Source: Polyangiaceae bacterium
Lineage (GTDB): Bacteria; Myxococcota_A; Polyangia; Polyangiales; Polyangiaceae
DNA length: 64,000 nt
Assembly (NCBI GenBank): GCA_965222375.1
Contig: CBDCTZ010000016.1
Span: 1,120,001 to 1,184,000 of the forward strand
Reading direction: 5' to 3'
This document shows, in pieces, positions 51,160 to 61,859 of the stretch. The notes below the pieces were generated by a model. That model was not told the origin of the DNA, made no database searches, and was given only the letters and a program-made list of their open reading frames with translations. The translations under genes and the position numbers were made by a program. The first letter of the stretch is position 1, and each line of letters opens with the position of its first letter.

Positions 51160-51175
51160 GATTAGCGAGTTGGTC

Positions 51176-51289
51176 ATGAAGGTACGTCCCAGCGTCAAGA
51201 AGATTTGCGATAAGTGCAAGGTCATCCGCCGCAAGGGTGTGGTCCGAGTGATCTGCGACAACCCGCGCCACAAGCAGCGGCAAGGCTAA
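51176..51289 (+). CDS. rpmJ: 50S ribosomal protein L36 (Zn-ribbon type)
   Basis: [14 protein letters not shown]...HKQRQG. Confidence 0.97.
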   Translation: MKVRPSVKKICDKCKVIRRKGVVRVICDNPRHKQRQG

Positions 51290-51322
51290 CGAGAGTAGTT
51301 GGAAGGCTGAAGGTTTCAGAAA

Positions 51323-51682
51323 ATGGCACGCATCTCCGGAGTGGACCTCCCTCGTCGCAAGCACATCGCGTACGCGCTTCCGTATATCTATGGGATTGGC
51401 CCTAAGACGGCTCGGGACATCTGCAAGACGGCAGGCATCCCCGAAAACCGCCGCGTGGACGAACTGTCCGACGCGGACGTCAAAGCCATCCGCGACGCCA
51501 TCGAGAGCGATTGCAAGGTGGAAGGTGATCTGCGCCGCGAGATTCAGCAGAACATCAAACGACTCATGGACCTGGGCTGCTACCGCGGTCTCCGGCACCG
51601 CAAAGGCCTTCCGGTGAACGGCCAGCGAACTCACACCAACGCGCGTACCCGCAAGGGTCCCAAGAAGGGCATCAAGCGCTGA
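51323..51682 (+). CDS. rpsM: 30S ribosomal protein S13
   Basis: [21 protein letters not shown]. Confidence 0.98.
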   Translation: MARISGVDLPRRKHIAYALPYIYGIGPKTARDICKTAGIPENRRVDELSDADVKAIRDAIESDCKVEGDLRREIQQNIKRLMDLGCYRGLRHRKGLPVNGQRTHTNARTRKGPKKGIKR

Positions 51683-51697
51683 GCTTAGGAACTACCG

Positions 51698-52090
51698 ATG
51701 GCCAATCCGAAAAAGCGCACCCAGAAGAAGACCGTCAAGAAGAACATTGCGACGGGCATCGCGCACATCAAGAGCACCTTCAACAACACCATCGTCACGA
51801 TCACCGACGTGAACGGCAACGTTCTGTCTTGGGCCAGCGCGGGTTCGCGCGGGTTCAAGGGGTCGCGGAAGAGCACTCCCTTCGCCGCGCAGCTAGCGGC
51901 TGAAGAAGCTGGGCGTCGCGCCCAGGACCACGGAGTTCGCTCCGTGGCTGTTTTCGTCAAAGGCCCCGGCGCCGGTCGCGAGAGTGCCCTGCGCGCATTT
52001 CAGCAGGTGGGCTTCAAGGTCAGCATCATTCGAGATGTGACGCCCATCCCTCACAACGGTTGCCGCCCGCCCAAGCGGCGCAGAGTTTGA
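51698..52090 (+). CDS. rpsK: 30S ribosomal protein S11
   Basis: [23 protein letters not shown]. Confidence 0.98.
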   Translation: MANPKKRTQKKTVKKNIATGIAHIKSTFNNTIVTITDVNGNVLSWASAGSRGFKGSRKSTPFAAQLAAEEAGRRAQDHGVRSVAVFVKGPGAGRESALRAFQQVGFKVSIIRDVTPIPHNGCRPPKRRRV

Positions 52091-52123
52091 TCCAGCCGAG
52101 GCTGGCTGATTGGAAAGATTGAT

Positions 52124-52753
52124 ATGGCTCGCTATCTAGGTCCCGTTTGCAAGCTCTGCCGTCGCGAAGGCATGAAGCTGTACTTGAAGGGTGAGCGCTG
52201 CTTCACCGAGAAATGCGCAATTGCGCGTCGGCCTTATCCCCCCGGGCAGCATGGTCAGGGTCGCATCAAGCTCAGCGAGTATGGGCTGCGGCTTCGCGAG
52301 AAGCAGAAGATGCGTCGCATCTACGGCCTGCTCGAGCGGCAGTTCTCCGGCTACTACGCCCAGGCCTCCGGCATGAAGGGCCGTACCGGTGAGGAGATGC
52401 TCGGCATCATCGAGCGTCGCCTCGACAACGTCGTACATCGCATGGGTTTCGCGGTCAGCCGCCCGCAGGCGCGCCAGCTGGTTCGCCACAGCCACATCTT
52501 GGTCAACGGCAAGCGTCTGAACATTCCCAGCTACCGCGTGAACGTCAACGACAAGATCGAAATCCGCGAGAAGAGCAAGAAGATCGCGTTCGTCGCCGCC
52601 GCACTCGCTCAGGCAGAGAGCAAGACGCCGCCGACTTGGATTGACGTCGACAAGGACGGACTCAGCGGCACGATCAAGGGAATGCCGGTTCGCGACGAGC
52701 TGAACGAACCGATGATTCGCGAGCAATACGTCGTCGAGTATTACTCGCGCTAA
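52124..52753 (+). CDS. rpsD: 30S ribosomal protein S4
   Basis: CKLCRREG, ERRLDNVV, VEYYSR. Confidence 0.98.
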   Translation: MARYLGPVCKLCRREGMKLYLKGERCFTEKCAIARRPYPPGQHGQGRIKLSEYGLRLREKQKMRRIYGLLERQFSGYYAQASGMKGRTGEEMLGIIERRLDNVVHRMGFAVSRPQARQLVRHSHILVNGKRLNIPSYRVNVNDKIEIREKSKKIAFVAAALAQAESKTPPTWIDVDKDGLSGTIKGMPVRDELNEPMIREQYVVEYYSR

Positions 52754-52920
52754 TTGATTTTGGGGCAGCGCCCCTATTTGAAAGACAGATTGAAGCAACG
52801 CATGCGGGCAGGCCGCGGAGCACCAACGGGAGTGGGTTCCTTTTGGTGTTTGGGACGGCCGCGCAAGACGCCCTAAGGGGCTAGAAGCACTCGAAAGAGC
52901 GCAGGAAGGAACAGCCGAAC

Positions 52921-53946
<1,026 letters not shown>

Positions 53947-53971
53947 GCGCCCGGATCAAAGGGAGACGACG

Positions 53972-54514
53972 ATGCGTCATCGAATAGCTGGCCGACAATT
54001 CGGCCGAAACACGAGCCACCGGCGCGCGATGCTTCGCGCGCTCACGGCGAACTTGCTCGCTCACGAGCGCATCGAAACGACGGACGCCAAAGCCAAAGAG
54101 CTGCGTCGGGTGGCGGAGCGCATGATCACCCGTGCGCGACGCCTGGGCCCGATTGCCTATTCGCCCCTCGACAAGCTGAGCATCGCAGACCGTGCGCGGC
54201 GCCAAGCTGCCAAGCAGCAGGTGGGCAAATTCCTCCGCCGCTTTGCCGTAATCCAGGAGAACGGCGAACGAAAGAAGGTCGACCTGGTGGAAAAGCTCTT
54301 CCTCGACTTGGCCAAGCGCTTCGCAGATCGCCCCGGGGGCTACACCCGCATCATCAAGCTTGGTCGTCGCCGTGGGGACAACGCCCCCATGTCGATTATC
54401 GAGCTGGTGAGCGATAGCGCTCCCTCGGACAAGGATGGTGGCAAGAAGAAGGCGAAGGAGCCCACCAAAGCCAAGGCCAAGCCCGAAGAGGCTGCAGCTG
54501 AAGCAGCGGGCTGA
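53972..54514 (+). CDS. rplQ: 50S ribosomal protein L17
   Basis: [24 protein letters not shown]. Confidence 0.97.
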   Translation: MRHRIAGRQFGRNTSHRRAMLRALTANLLAHERIETTDAKAKELRRVAERMITRARRLGPIAYSPLDKLSIADRARRQAAKQQVGKFLRRFAVIQENGERKKVDLVEKLFLDLAKRFADRPGGYTRIIKLGRRRGDNAPMSIIELVSDSAPSDKDGGKKKAKEPTKAKAKPEEAAAEAAG

Positions 54515-54530
54515 ACCTGAGCAGCAAGGA

Positions 54531-54573
54531 GAAACGCGGCGAGCCCCCTGGCTCTGCCGCGTTTTTTCGTTTG
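54531..54573 (+). terminator. Intrinsic terminator of the alpha operon
   Basis: aaacgcggc-gagcc / ggctc-t-gccgcgttt stem followed by a T-rich tail. Confidence 0.82.
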
Positions 54574-54588
54574 TTCCCCTCCGGCGGG

Positions 54589-54813
54589 CTACCTGCGAGG
54601 GGTTGCCCAGCGGGTGCGAACTGCCAGCAGGATGCCCAAAAGGACGATGATGAGCCCGGACCACCGCATCGGGCCGCTGAGGGCCGTGACCGACGTCGCG
54701 ATGCCGAATAGCACGAGGATTACTGAAGCCACGTAGGCTCCGCGGGGCGAGATGGGCGAAGCGGGCGCCCGCCTCAACTGGCGGCGGAACTCCTGTTCGG
54801 GGTCGTCGGTCAT
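54589..54813 (-). CDS. Small two-TM hypothetical protein
   Basis: 74 aa with two hydrophobic helices; starts 2 nt after the upstream stop. Confidence 0.6.
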   Translation of the reverse strand: MTDDPEQEFRRQLRRAPASPISPRGAYVASVILVLFGIATSVTALSGPMRWSGLIIVLLGILLAVRTRWATPRR

Positions 54814-54815
54814 GC

Positions 54816-55955
54816 TCAGCGGTACGCGCTTCGAGTCTCCCGCTGCCGCAGGAGTTCTTCGGCGCAGGCCATGGCTTTTGTCAGGGCATCCTTCGTATCG
54901 ACAAGAGAATCCAGCACTCCGGCTCGCCCCGCACCGATGCCGTTTTCGGTTATCAGAAGCTCGGGCATGGGTTTGGACAAGGCGAGCAGCGTCTGCCTGG
55001 CAGAGCGGGACAGCACGCGCTCGGCCAGCTCTCGAGAGCTACTGCGCACAAGAAAGCGCCCGTCGAAATCCTCGTCGCCGAATTTGATGTCTGGCGCAAA
55101 CCACCGCTCCCAGTTGCCGCTATAGGTCGTTACTCGCAGATCACCTGAAATGGGTGGGTCGAGTTCGAGCATCAGCTCGGTGCGCCAGGACTTGTAGGCT
55201 GGATGTGCCGCGCGAAGCCGCAAATGGCCGTAGGGAAGCTCCAAACCGAGCTCTAGGGTCTGCTCGTCGAGTTTGCCTCCGAAGTGGCCGGCGGCCGTCA
55301 GCCAGGCTTCCGCCACTCGAGCGTGCACTCGGGAACGCGCGCTGCTCTGGCGGTTTTCATCGAGCAGCTTTGCGATACGGGTCGCGAAGCGCACGGACTC
55401 TCGAAGTTCTCTGCGCGAGCCCAGCCCAGAAGCGTTGACGCTGACCCGACCGGCCGTGAGCTTGGGATAGAAGCCTGCCCAGTTTGCATCTAGCAGTGTG
55501 CGTTTCAACGCCTTGTCGACGAGTCCGTCTGCAAAGCGGCGGTCGGTCGTTTGTATTTCGAACTCCGCGAGAAAATCGTCTTCCACGTATAGCGGCGTCG
55601 TCCGTCCGGCTAAACTCAGGTCGGCCCACAGTGGAGGGTTGATGGAAACGTCAATGGCGACCATCGCAGTGGCTCCCCACATCAAGCTCGCGAAGCGGTG
55701 GGCGATGGTCGCACCGAAGGGCATGCCGTCGACACGGCCCTCCAGGCCCATGGGGCTGAAGGCGTAGACGCCGAGGACCATGCCGGACTTGCGTTCGACG
55801 ACCTGCAAGCCAAGCTCCGCGGCCATGGCTTCCACACAGCTCTTGATGTCGTCGGTGGATTCGAAGTAGTCCTGGGCGGCGCCCTGGTTTCCCGCTCGAA
55901 GGCGCGCCGCAGCACGAAGATTGGCCGTGCTCCGCGCCTTCCTTTGCGGCCCCAC
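54816..55955 (-). CDS. Hypothetical protein with an internal domain duplication
   Basis: DDFLAEFEIQT...LKRTLL and EDFDGRFLVRS...ARQTLL. Confidence 0.65.
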   Translation of the reverse strand: MGPQRKARSTANLRAAARLRAGNQGAAQDYFESTDDIKSCVEAMAAELGLQVVERKSGMVLGVYAFSPMGLEGRVDGMPFGATIAHRFASLMWGATAMVAIDVSINPPLWADLSLAGRTTPLYVEDDFLAEFEIQTTDRRFADGLVDKALKRTLLDANWAGFYPKLTAGRVSVNASGLGSRRELRESVRFATRIAKLLDENRQSSARSRVHARVAEAWLTAAGHFGGKLDEQTLELGLELPYGHLRLRAAHPAYKSWRTELMLELDPPISGDLRVTTYSGNWERWFAPDIKFGDEDFDGRFLVRSSSRELAERVLSRSARQTLLALSKPMPELLITENGIGAGRAGVLDSLVDTKDALTKAMACAEELLRQRETRSAYR

Positions 55956-56635
55956 TAGTCCCAGTCCTCGTCGACGTCACGGTCTCCGTCGGACGATTCC
56001 GTTATCTGTACTGCGTCAAACCTGACCGTCTTCGCAAGGTTGGGCTGCGCCGGCTGCGCTTGCGCCGGCTGCCCCGCTGGCGGGGTGTGGTGGACCTTGG
56101 TGGGAATGGCCTCCTCTGGAACCGTGACTCGAGGCAAACGCAGGGTGGGCTTGCGCTCGACCTCGGGTTGAAACACGGGCCGTGAGGACTGCGGCGGCGA
56201 GCCGTCCAGGGCTGCCAAGTTCAGCTCTTCTCCAGGTACATCTCGCACGAGCACCAGGGGAGATAGCTCGCGCATGTTCACGGCGAACCACTCCACGAAC
56301 TCAGACAGTCCCACGGGCACCAAGAGGGTCTGGAACGAGCGTTGATAGCTGAGCCCATCGAAAATGAGAACGTCCAATACAGTTCCGTCCTCGTGTTGCT
56401 GAAGAAGCACGTCGAGGCCGCCTTCGATCCACTCGGCTCGGGCTAAGCGTGCCAGCACCTCCAAGATCCGCCCCGCGCCGTCTTCCGGACGCGCCACTTC
56501 GACCATGCGCAGAATCAGCGCCAAGACGCGATCACCCGGCGGCGGATCTGTCAGCTTGCGAGCCGGTTCAAAGGCCGCCTCAAGCACCGAGTCGTCCAGG
56601 TCATGGTTGCTAGTGAAGCTGAGGTCCAAGGTCAT
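55955..56635 (-). CDS. Hypothetical protein with Pro-rich, acidic C-terminus
   Basis: 226-aa ORF in a minus-strand gene run. Confidence 0.65.
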   Translation of the reverse strand: MTLDLSFTSNHDLDDSVLEAAFEPARKLTDPPPGDRVLALILRMVEVARPEDGAGRILEVLARLARAEWIEGGLDVLLQQHEDGTVLDVLIFDGLSYQRSFQTLLVPVGLSEFVEWFAVNMRELSPLVLVRDVPGEELNLAALDGSPPQSSRPVFQPEVERKPTLRLPRVTVPEEAIPTKVHHTPPAGQPAQAQPAQPNLAKTVRFDAVQITESSDGDRDVDEDWD

Positions 56636-56711
56636 GCGGAGGAATCCGGGAGTTTATCCGACGCCCTGCTGATCGCCAACACGCCTAGGGAAACGGCCTA
56701 GAAGCGCGCTT

Positions 56712-58481
56712 CTACGCATCCACGTCGTCAGGCTCGGGATCCGACTTGGCTTTGGCCTGGCCGCCGGTCGCGCCTGCGTCCCCCGGGGCCGGCGATGATT
56801 CCGTCTCCTCGTCGCGCGTGGAATTGTCCTCGTCCGGTGTTGAATCGGACGTCCGCGCAGAGTCTTCACTGCTCTCTTCCGACTCGGCGTCTGCAGCGTC
56901 CGATGCTTCGATGGTCCGTTCCGGGTCGGCGCCAGTCAGTTCGGCGGGTTTGGCCGTCTCTTCCTCCTCCCCGGGTCGGCCTCGGCGCAGCGCGACGAAA
57001 CCGATCGCCAACAGCGCCAAGGCTCCAATCGCGCCGGCTGCGGCGTAGCGGTTGAAGCGCGTCTTCTTCTTCACCTCCCCGCGCTCCATGAGGTCAGCCA
57101 GGTCCCGCGCGTCGTCGTTGCTCTCGTCGAGCTCCAACGCGCGGGCCACCAGGGTCTGATCAGCGATGTTCTTGGAGAGGAGTACTTCTGCTCGAAGCGT
57201 CAGTTCCTGGCTCTCGATGCGGGGATGCTCCTTGGCGGCTGCTACGCGTTTGGCGCGGCGCAGTGCATCCAGAGCCAAGTCTGGCTGTTCCTCCTGCACC
57301 TTTCGTGCATAGGCCACATAGCCCCTCGCCATTTCCGCGCGATGTTCGAATATCGGGCTGCGCGCCAGGACCTTGTCGAAGGCAGTTCGCATCTCTTCGA
57401 GCTTGCCCTCTCGTTCAGCAGCCAAGCCCGCCTCGAACAAGTCGTGCACTTTGGCCAAACGCAGCCGATCCAGCTCCCCGAACAGCTCCCGCGCGGTGCG
57501 ATCCCAGCTCCAGTCGCGAGGTGGTTTCTTGCCGACGGTGCTTTCATAGCTATCCCGCAGCTGCCATGCGCCTACTTCACCCATCATTGCGACACCCTGA
57601 CGCGCAGCCTGTCGGATCTGAGCGCGCTCGCTGTTGGCGAAGGAGATGATGATCCGGGCGGCGTCAGGTTCACGGATGCGCCCATACGCTCGCAGCACGT
57701 CAGCCAAGACTTCTTGATCTTCGGTGCGGACGGCCTCACTCACGATCCCCTTGCCCAAGGTGTCAAGTTGCCGCTCTGCCCAACGTGCGATCTTGCCCGC
57801 TCGATGCCGCCGAGTCTCGACTAGCGCAGCCACCGCCTTGTCGCCGAGCTTCTCCAATTGCAGCTGGGTATCCACGCGTAGGAAGTCCCCGAACCGCACA
57901 TAGACGTCGATGAGCTCTCGCACCCCCTGCACGGAGCCGATTTGCACAAGCATTCTGCTCATGGCCAAAACGCTGACCAGGTCCTGCCATAGCTTGTCGT
58001 CAGGCCGCGCGAATTCCACGACGATGTCTAGATAGTCAGGCGTGACGATCTTTCCTCTTTTTCCTTCGGCGCGCATCTTCTCGCGCACGGCCTTGCGCGC
58101 TTTGCGGCGCAGCGACTGGAGCAAGCGCTTCATGCCCCTGCGGTCGCCCTGATCCGCTATGTCGTTGAGGCGTTTGTCGATGGCTGGAACCAAGGACCGA
58201 CTGATTTCCAGGAGCTGTCGCACGGCGGACTGGCGCACATGCGCGTCCTTCGAGCGGAAGCGAGACAAGTGTGTCTCCAGCTCCTCGAGGTGCTCCTTGT
58301 TTGGCGCCTTGCGCTCCCTCTTCGGAACTTCGGGTAGCTCCGGAAGCGGGCGCTTGACCCGCTTGGCGCCAGCATCTGCCTGCGCCAAACTACACAGCAG
58401 GCCCAAAGCCAGAGCCGCCGCGAGCGCTCGCACGCCGAGGGCCCACCCGCGGGCAGGGGAGAGTCTAGCCCAGGGGATCAA
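56712..58481 (-). CDS. HEAT/TPR-like helical membrane protein with acidic cytoplasmic tail
   Basis: Signal peptide, HEAT-like and TPR-like repeats, C-terminal TM. Confidence 0.72.
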   Translation of the reverse strand: MIPWARLSPARGWALGVRALAAALALGLLCSLAQADAGAKRVKRPLPELPEVPKRERKAPNKEHLEELETHLSRFRSKDAHVRQSAVRQLLEISRSLVPAIDKRLNDIADQGDRRGMKRLLQSLRRKARKAVREKMRAEGKRGKIVTPDYLDIVVEFARPDDKLWQDLVSVLAMSRMLVQIGSVQGVRELIDVYVRFGDFLRVDTQLQLEKLGDKAVAALVETRRHRAGKIARWAERQLDTLGKGIVSEAVRTEDQEVLADVLRAYGRIREPDAARIIISFANSERAQIRQAARQGVAMMGEVGAWQLRDSYESTVGKKPPRDWSWDRTARELFGELDRLRLAKVHDLFEAGLAAEREGKLEEMRTAFDKVLARSPIFEHRAEMARGYVAYARKVQEEQPDLALDALRRAKRVAAAKEHPRIESQELTLRAEVLLSKNIADQTLVARALELDESNDDARDLADLMERGEVKKKTRFNRYAAAGAIGALALLAIGFVALRRGRPGEEEETAKPAELTGADPERTIEASDAADAESEESSEDSARTSDSTPDEDNSTRDEETESSPAPGDAGATGGQAKAKSDPEPDDVDA

Positions 58482-58756
58482 TAGACTATTCGGAAGTCCG
58501 GGAACTCGCCCGTGAAGCTGCGCCAGCGAGTTTCGACCTTATCCACCCGGGCGGCGCCAGGTCCCTTTTGTGCCCAGCCGTAGAGCTCGCGGATGGAAAT
58601 CTCTTCCCCTTCCGCCAGGATCTCCACGCTACCGTCAGTGCGGTTCTTGACCCAGCCCGAGAGCCCCAGTCGCTTGGCCTCCCGCTGGGCGGACGCGCGG
58701 AAATACACACCCTGTACCCGCCCTCGGACCGTGAGGTGAAGTTGTTTCAGCGCCAT
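58478..58756 (-). CDS. acyP: Acylphosphatase
   Basis: VRGRVQGVYFR, GWVKNRTDGSVE. Confidence 0.95.
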   Translation of the reverse strand: MALKQLHLTVRGRVQGVYFRASAQREAKRLGLSGWVKNRTDGSVEILAEGEEISIRELYGWAQKGPGAARVDKVETRWRSFTGEFPDFRIVY

Positions 58757-58875
58757 TGCCCCAGGCCTTAGCCGAGGCGCGCCGAGTTCGCCAGTCTCCC
58801 GACGCCGAAAGTCTGAACGTTTGTTTCTGGGCTCAGCCCTTCCCGGGGGCGCCAGTCGGTGAGATTCTGCGGGCG

Positions 58876-60735
58876 GTGGTCGACAGCGCGGACGTTTCAG
58901 CCGAATCGGGCGCTCTGAAGGCGGAGCTCATGCGGGAGCGCCGCATCGCCGGCGCGTTGCGCGAAGTCGGCAATGCGCTTGGGACCACCCTGGAGCTCGA
59001 CGACTTGCTCGAGCTGATTCTGGGCAAAGTGACCGAGCTACTCGAAGCTGACCGGGCAACCCTGTACCTGTTGGATGACGCCAACAACGAGCTCGTTAGT
59101 CGCATCTTCGTGGGACAGAACGTGCGCAGCATCCGCCTAAAGGTGGGTCACGGAATCGCAGGCAAGGTTGCCCAGACCGGCAAGGCCTTTCGAATTCGCG
59201 ATGCCTATCAAGAGCCCAGCTTCGAGCGTCAGTGGGACACCCTGACGGGCTATCGGACCACCAGCATGTTGGCTGCGCCCCTGAAGAACCACTTGGGTCG
59301 TACCATCGGCGTGATCCAGGTTCTCAACAAGATCCGGGCTGAGGAGTTCACGTCCGAAGATGAGGATTTGGTCACGGCTCTGTCCACCCAGGCTGCCGTG
59401 GCGATCGACAACTCTCGTTTGTTCCTGTCGTTGATTCAGAAGAACAAACAACTCCTCGACGCCACCGAGCAGCTGGCCCGCAAACTGAAGGACCTGGAGC
59501 TGCTCTTCGAGCTCGAGCGCGCCACCGCCCGCGCCACGGACATCGACGGGTTGTTGCTTCGTGTGATGTCGTTGGTTACCGAAGCGTGTGGCGCCCAAGG
59601 GGCCGCGGCCCAGCTTGCGGAGGAGGAAACCGGGGATCAAGTGCTGTACGTTTATGATGCAGCGACGCCGGAGACGCTTAGCCGCCGCGGTATCAAGACC
59701 GGTGAAGGTCTCCTCAGCGAGGCCTTCGCGGACCAAGCTCCGGTGCTGATCGAGGATGCTGCCCAACACCCGCGCTGGAACGATAGGATAGAAGGCAGCT
59801 ATCCCTTCGAATTTTCCACGGTTTTGGCGATGGCGCTGGAAGGTGATGAGCAGCCCATTGGCGCTGTTGGGCTGTTCAAAGCGCAAGAACCCAGCTTTTC
59901 CTCGGAAGATGTCTCTCTCGTGCGTCTGGTCGCAGCCAACGCCGCCACGGCGGTGAGGTTGTACCGAGCAAGCCGTGCACGGGAGGTCTCAGAGCGCCTA
60001 ACCACCATTGGGCGATTGCTGTCCCAAGTCATCCATGATTTCAAGTCCCCTATGACCGTGATCAGCGGATACGTACAGCTCATGGTGGACGCAGACGGCC
60101 AGGAAAAGCGGGGCGAATACGCGGAAGAGGTCCTCAAGCAGTTCGACACGCTCAGCGCCATGCAGCGGGAGGTCCTCGAGTTCGCCCGGGGCGAGCGATC
60201 CATCTTTATCCGAAGAGTCTATCTCAGGAAGTTCTTCTCGGAGCTCACGCGGCAGCTGGCACACGAGGTGGATGGTCGGGCGGTGGAACTAGAGGTCGAC
60301 GTGGACAACAAGGTTGTCGCTCGCTTCGATGAAGCTCGGCTTGCCCGAGCGATCTTCAACCTGGCTCGCAATGCCATAGAGGCCATGGCAGACCAGGGCG
60401 GCTGCCTCAGAATCAGTGCCGGCATGGAAGGTGCGGACCTTCTAATTCGAGTTTCGGACACAGGGCCCGGCATCCCCGATGAGATCGCCACCAGCCTGTT
60501 CCAGAGTTTCGTGACGGCCAATAAGCAGGACGGCACGGGCTTGGGGCTTGCGATCGTGAAGAAAATCATCGACGAACACGGCGGCAGCGTAGAGGTGGAC
60601 AGCTCTCCGGACGGCGCTACTTTCGCATTGCGCCTGCCCCAGAACACCCAGGCTAAGGCTGACGGGGATTCGGGCACGAAGCGCGAGAGCAAGACAAAGC
60701 GCCGGCGGGCGTCTTCGGAGAAGAGCACTAGATGA
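58876..60735 (+). CDS. GAF-GAF sensor histidine kinase
   Basis: GAF domain with QVLNK...F..EDE, a second GAF, H-box HDFKSP, NAIEA, DTGPGI, GTGLGL. Start uncertain. Confidence 0.9.
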   Translation: MVDSADVSAESGALKAELMRERRIAGALREVGNALGTTLELDDLLELILGKVTELLEADRATLYLLDDANNELVSRIFVGQNVRSIRLKVGHGIAGKVAQTGKAFRIRDAYQEPSFERQWDTLTGYRTTSMLAAPLKNHLGRTIGVIQVLNKIRAEEFTSEDEDLVTALSTQAAVAIDNSRLFLSLIQKNKQLLDATEQLARKLKDLELLFELERATARATDIDGLLLRVMSLVTEACGAQGAAAQLAEEETGDQVLYVYDAATPETLSRRGIKTGEGLLSEAFADQAPVLIEDAAQHPRWNDRIEGSYPFEFSTVLAMALEGDEQPIGAVGLFKAQEPSFSSEDVSLVRLVAANAATAVRLYRASRAREVSERLTTIGRLLSQVIHDFKSPMTVISGYVQLMVDADGQEKRGEYAEEVLKQFDTLSAMQREVLEFARGERSIFIRRVYLRKFFSELTRQLAHEVDGRAVELEVDVDNKVVARFDEARLARAIFNLARNAIEAMADQGGCLRISAGMEGADLLIRVSDTGPGIPDEIATSLFQSFVTANKQDGTGLGLAIVKKIIDEHGGSVEVDSSPDGATFALRLPQNTQAKADGDSGTKRESKTKRRRASSEKSTR

Positions 60736-61802
60736 CCACGAAACTGCCTCTTGTGAGTCAGCAGCGGAAAGCCCTCGAAAACTGCGCGTACTGCCCGAAG
60801 CTGTGCCGTGCGGTGTGCCCGGTGTCCGCTGCGGACCGACGAGAAACCCTGACCCCCTGGGGCAAGATGTCCCTCACTTGGATGACATCACGGGGGCGGC
60901 CGTCGCCGGATGCCGAGATTGCCGAGACGGTTTGGGCCTGCACCGGGTGCATGGCATGCCGACAAAACTGCGATCACGAAAATCCGGTCGCCGAGACCCT
61001 CGCGATGGCGCGGGCCGATTACTTCAATGCTGTGTTGGCGCCTAGCTCGGCCAAGGAGTCCGCGGCGCGCTTCCCTGAGCTGGAAGGAAAGCTCTCCGCG
61101 GCAGCTCAGGGCTTGGCCAAGCACGACGGGGTGGATGTGAATTCCCGCATCGCGCTCGTGGTGGGCTGCAGCTACCTGACCCAGGCGCCGGAGGAATCCG
61201 CCGCCGCGCTGCGTGTCGCCGCAAGCTTGGTCGGCCCGATTCGGCTGGTCGATGCTTGCTGTGGACTGCCTCTGTTTCTGGCAGGCGATCATGGCAGCTT
61301 GAGGCAAGCTCAGAAGAAACTCGAGCGCGCGCTTTCAGGAACGACCCGCGTCATTGCAGCTGACCCCGGGTGCACGAGGTTCCTCGAGTCCCGCCGCGCG
61401 GAGTCGTTGGTCGCCATTGCGGCGCGCAGCCTGAGCAAGCTCCGACGACTCGAGGACCTGAAGCCCGATGTACCGGTGCGGTACCACGACCCGTGTCAAC
61501 TCGGGCGTGGGCTGGGGCTGTTCGAGGAACCTCGCAAGATCCTGGCCCGAATCTTGGGTCGCGCCCCGGAAGAATTCTCCCGGGCTCGCGAGGACGCCGT
61601 GTGTAGCGGTGGTGGCGGGCTCTTGCCCGAAACCGCACCAAGAACCAGCGAGCGGATCGCATCTCAGCGCCTGGAGGATCACCGGGCCCTCGGTGGAGGC
61701 ATCGTGGTGACTGCCTGCGGCAAGAGCTTGCAGCGCTTCCGCGACAATGGCGCGGAAGCCGTCGATCTGCTCACCCTCGTCGACCGCGCGCTGCCGCGCT
61801 AG
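60732..61802 (+). CDS. Fe-S binding protein (two ferredoxin motifs plus CCG domains; GlcF/HdrD-like)
   Basis: CAYCPKLCRAVCP, CTGCMACRQNC, DACCG, YHDPC, VTAC. Confidence 0.85.
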   Translation: MTTKLPLVSQQRKALENCAYCPKLCRAVCPVSAADRRETLTPWGKMSLTWMTSRGRPSPDAEIAETVWACTGCMACRQNCDHENPVAETLAMARADYFNAVLAPSSAKESAARFPELEGKLSAAAQGLAKHDGVDVNSRIALVVGCSYLTQAPEESAAALRVAASLVGPIRLVDACCGLPLFLAGDHGSLRQAQKKLERALSGTTRVIAADPGCTRFLESRRAESLVAIAARSLSKLRRLEDLKPDVPVRYHDPCQLGRGLGLFEEPRKILARILGRAPEEFSRAREDAVCSGGGGLLPETAPRTSERIASQRLEDHRALGGGIVVTACGKSLQRFRDNGAEAVDLLTLVDRALPR

Positions 61803-61859
61803 TTCCATGCTGCGCGCGCTGCGCTATGGTTGCCCCGCGCCACAAACCGCCGTTGGATC

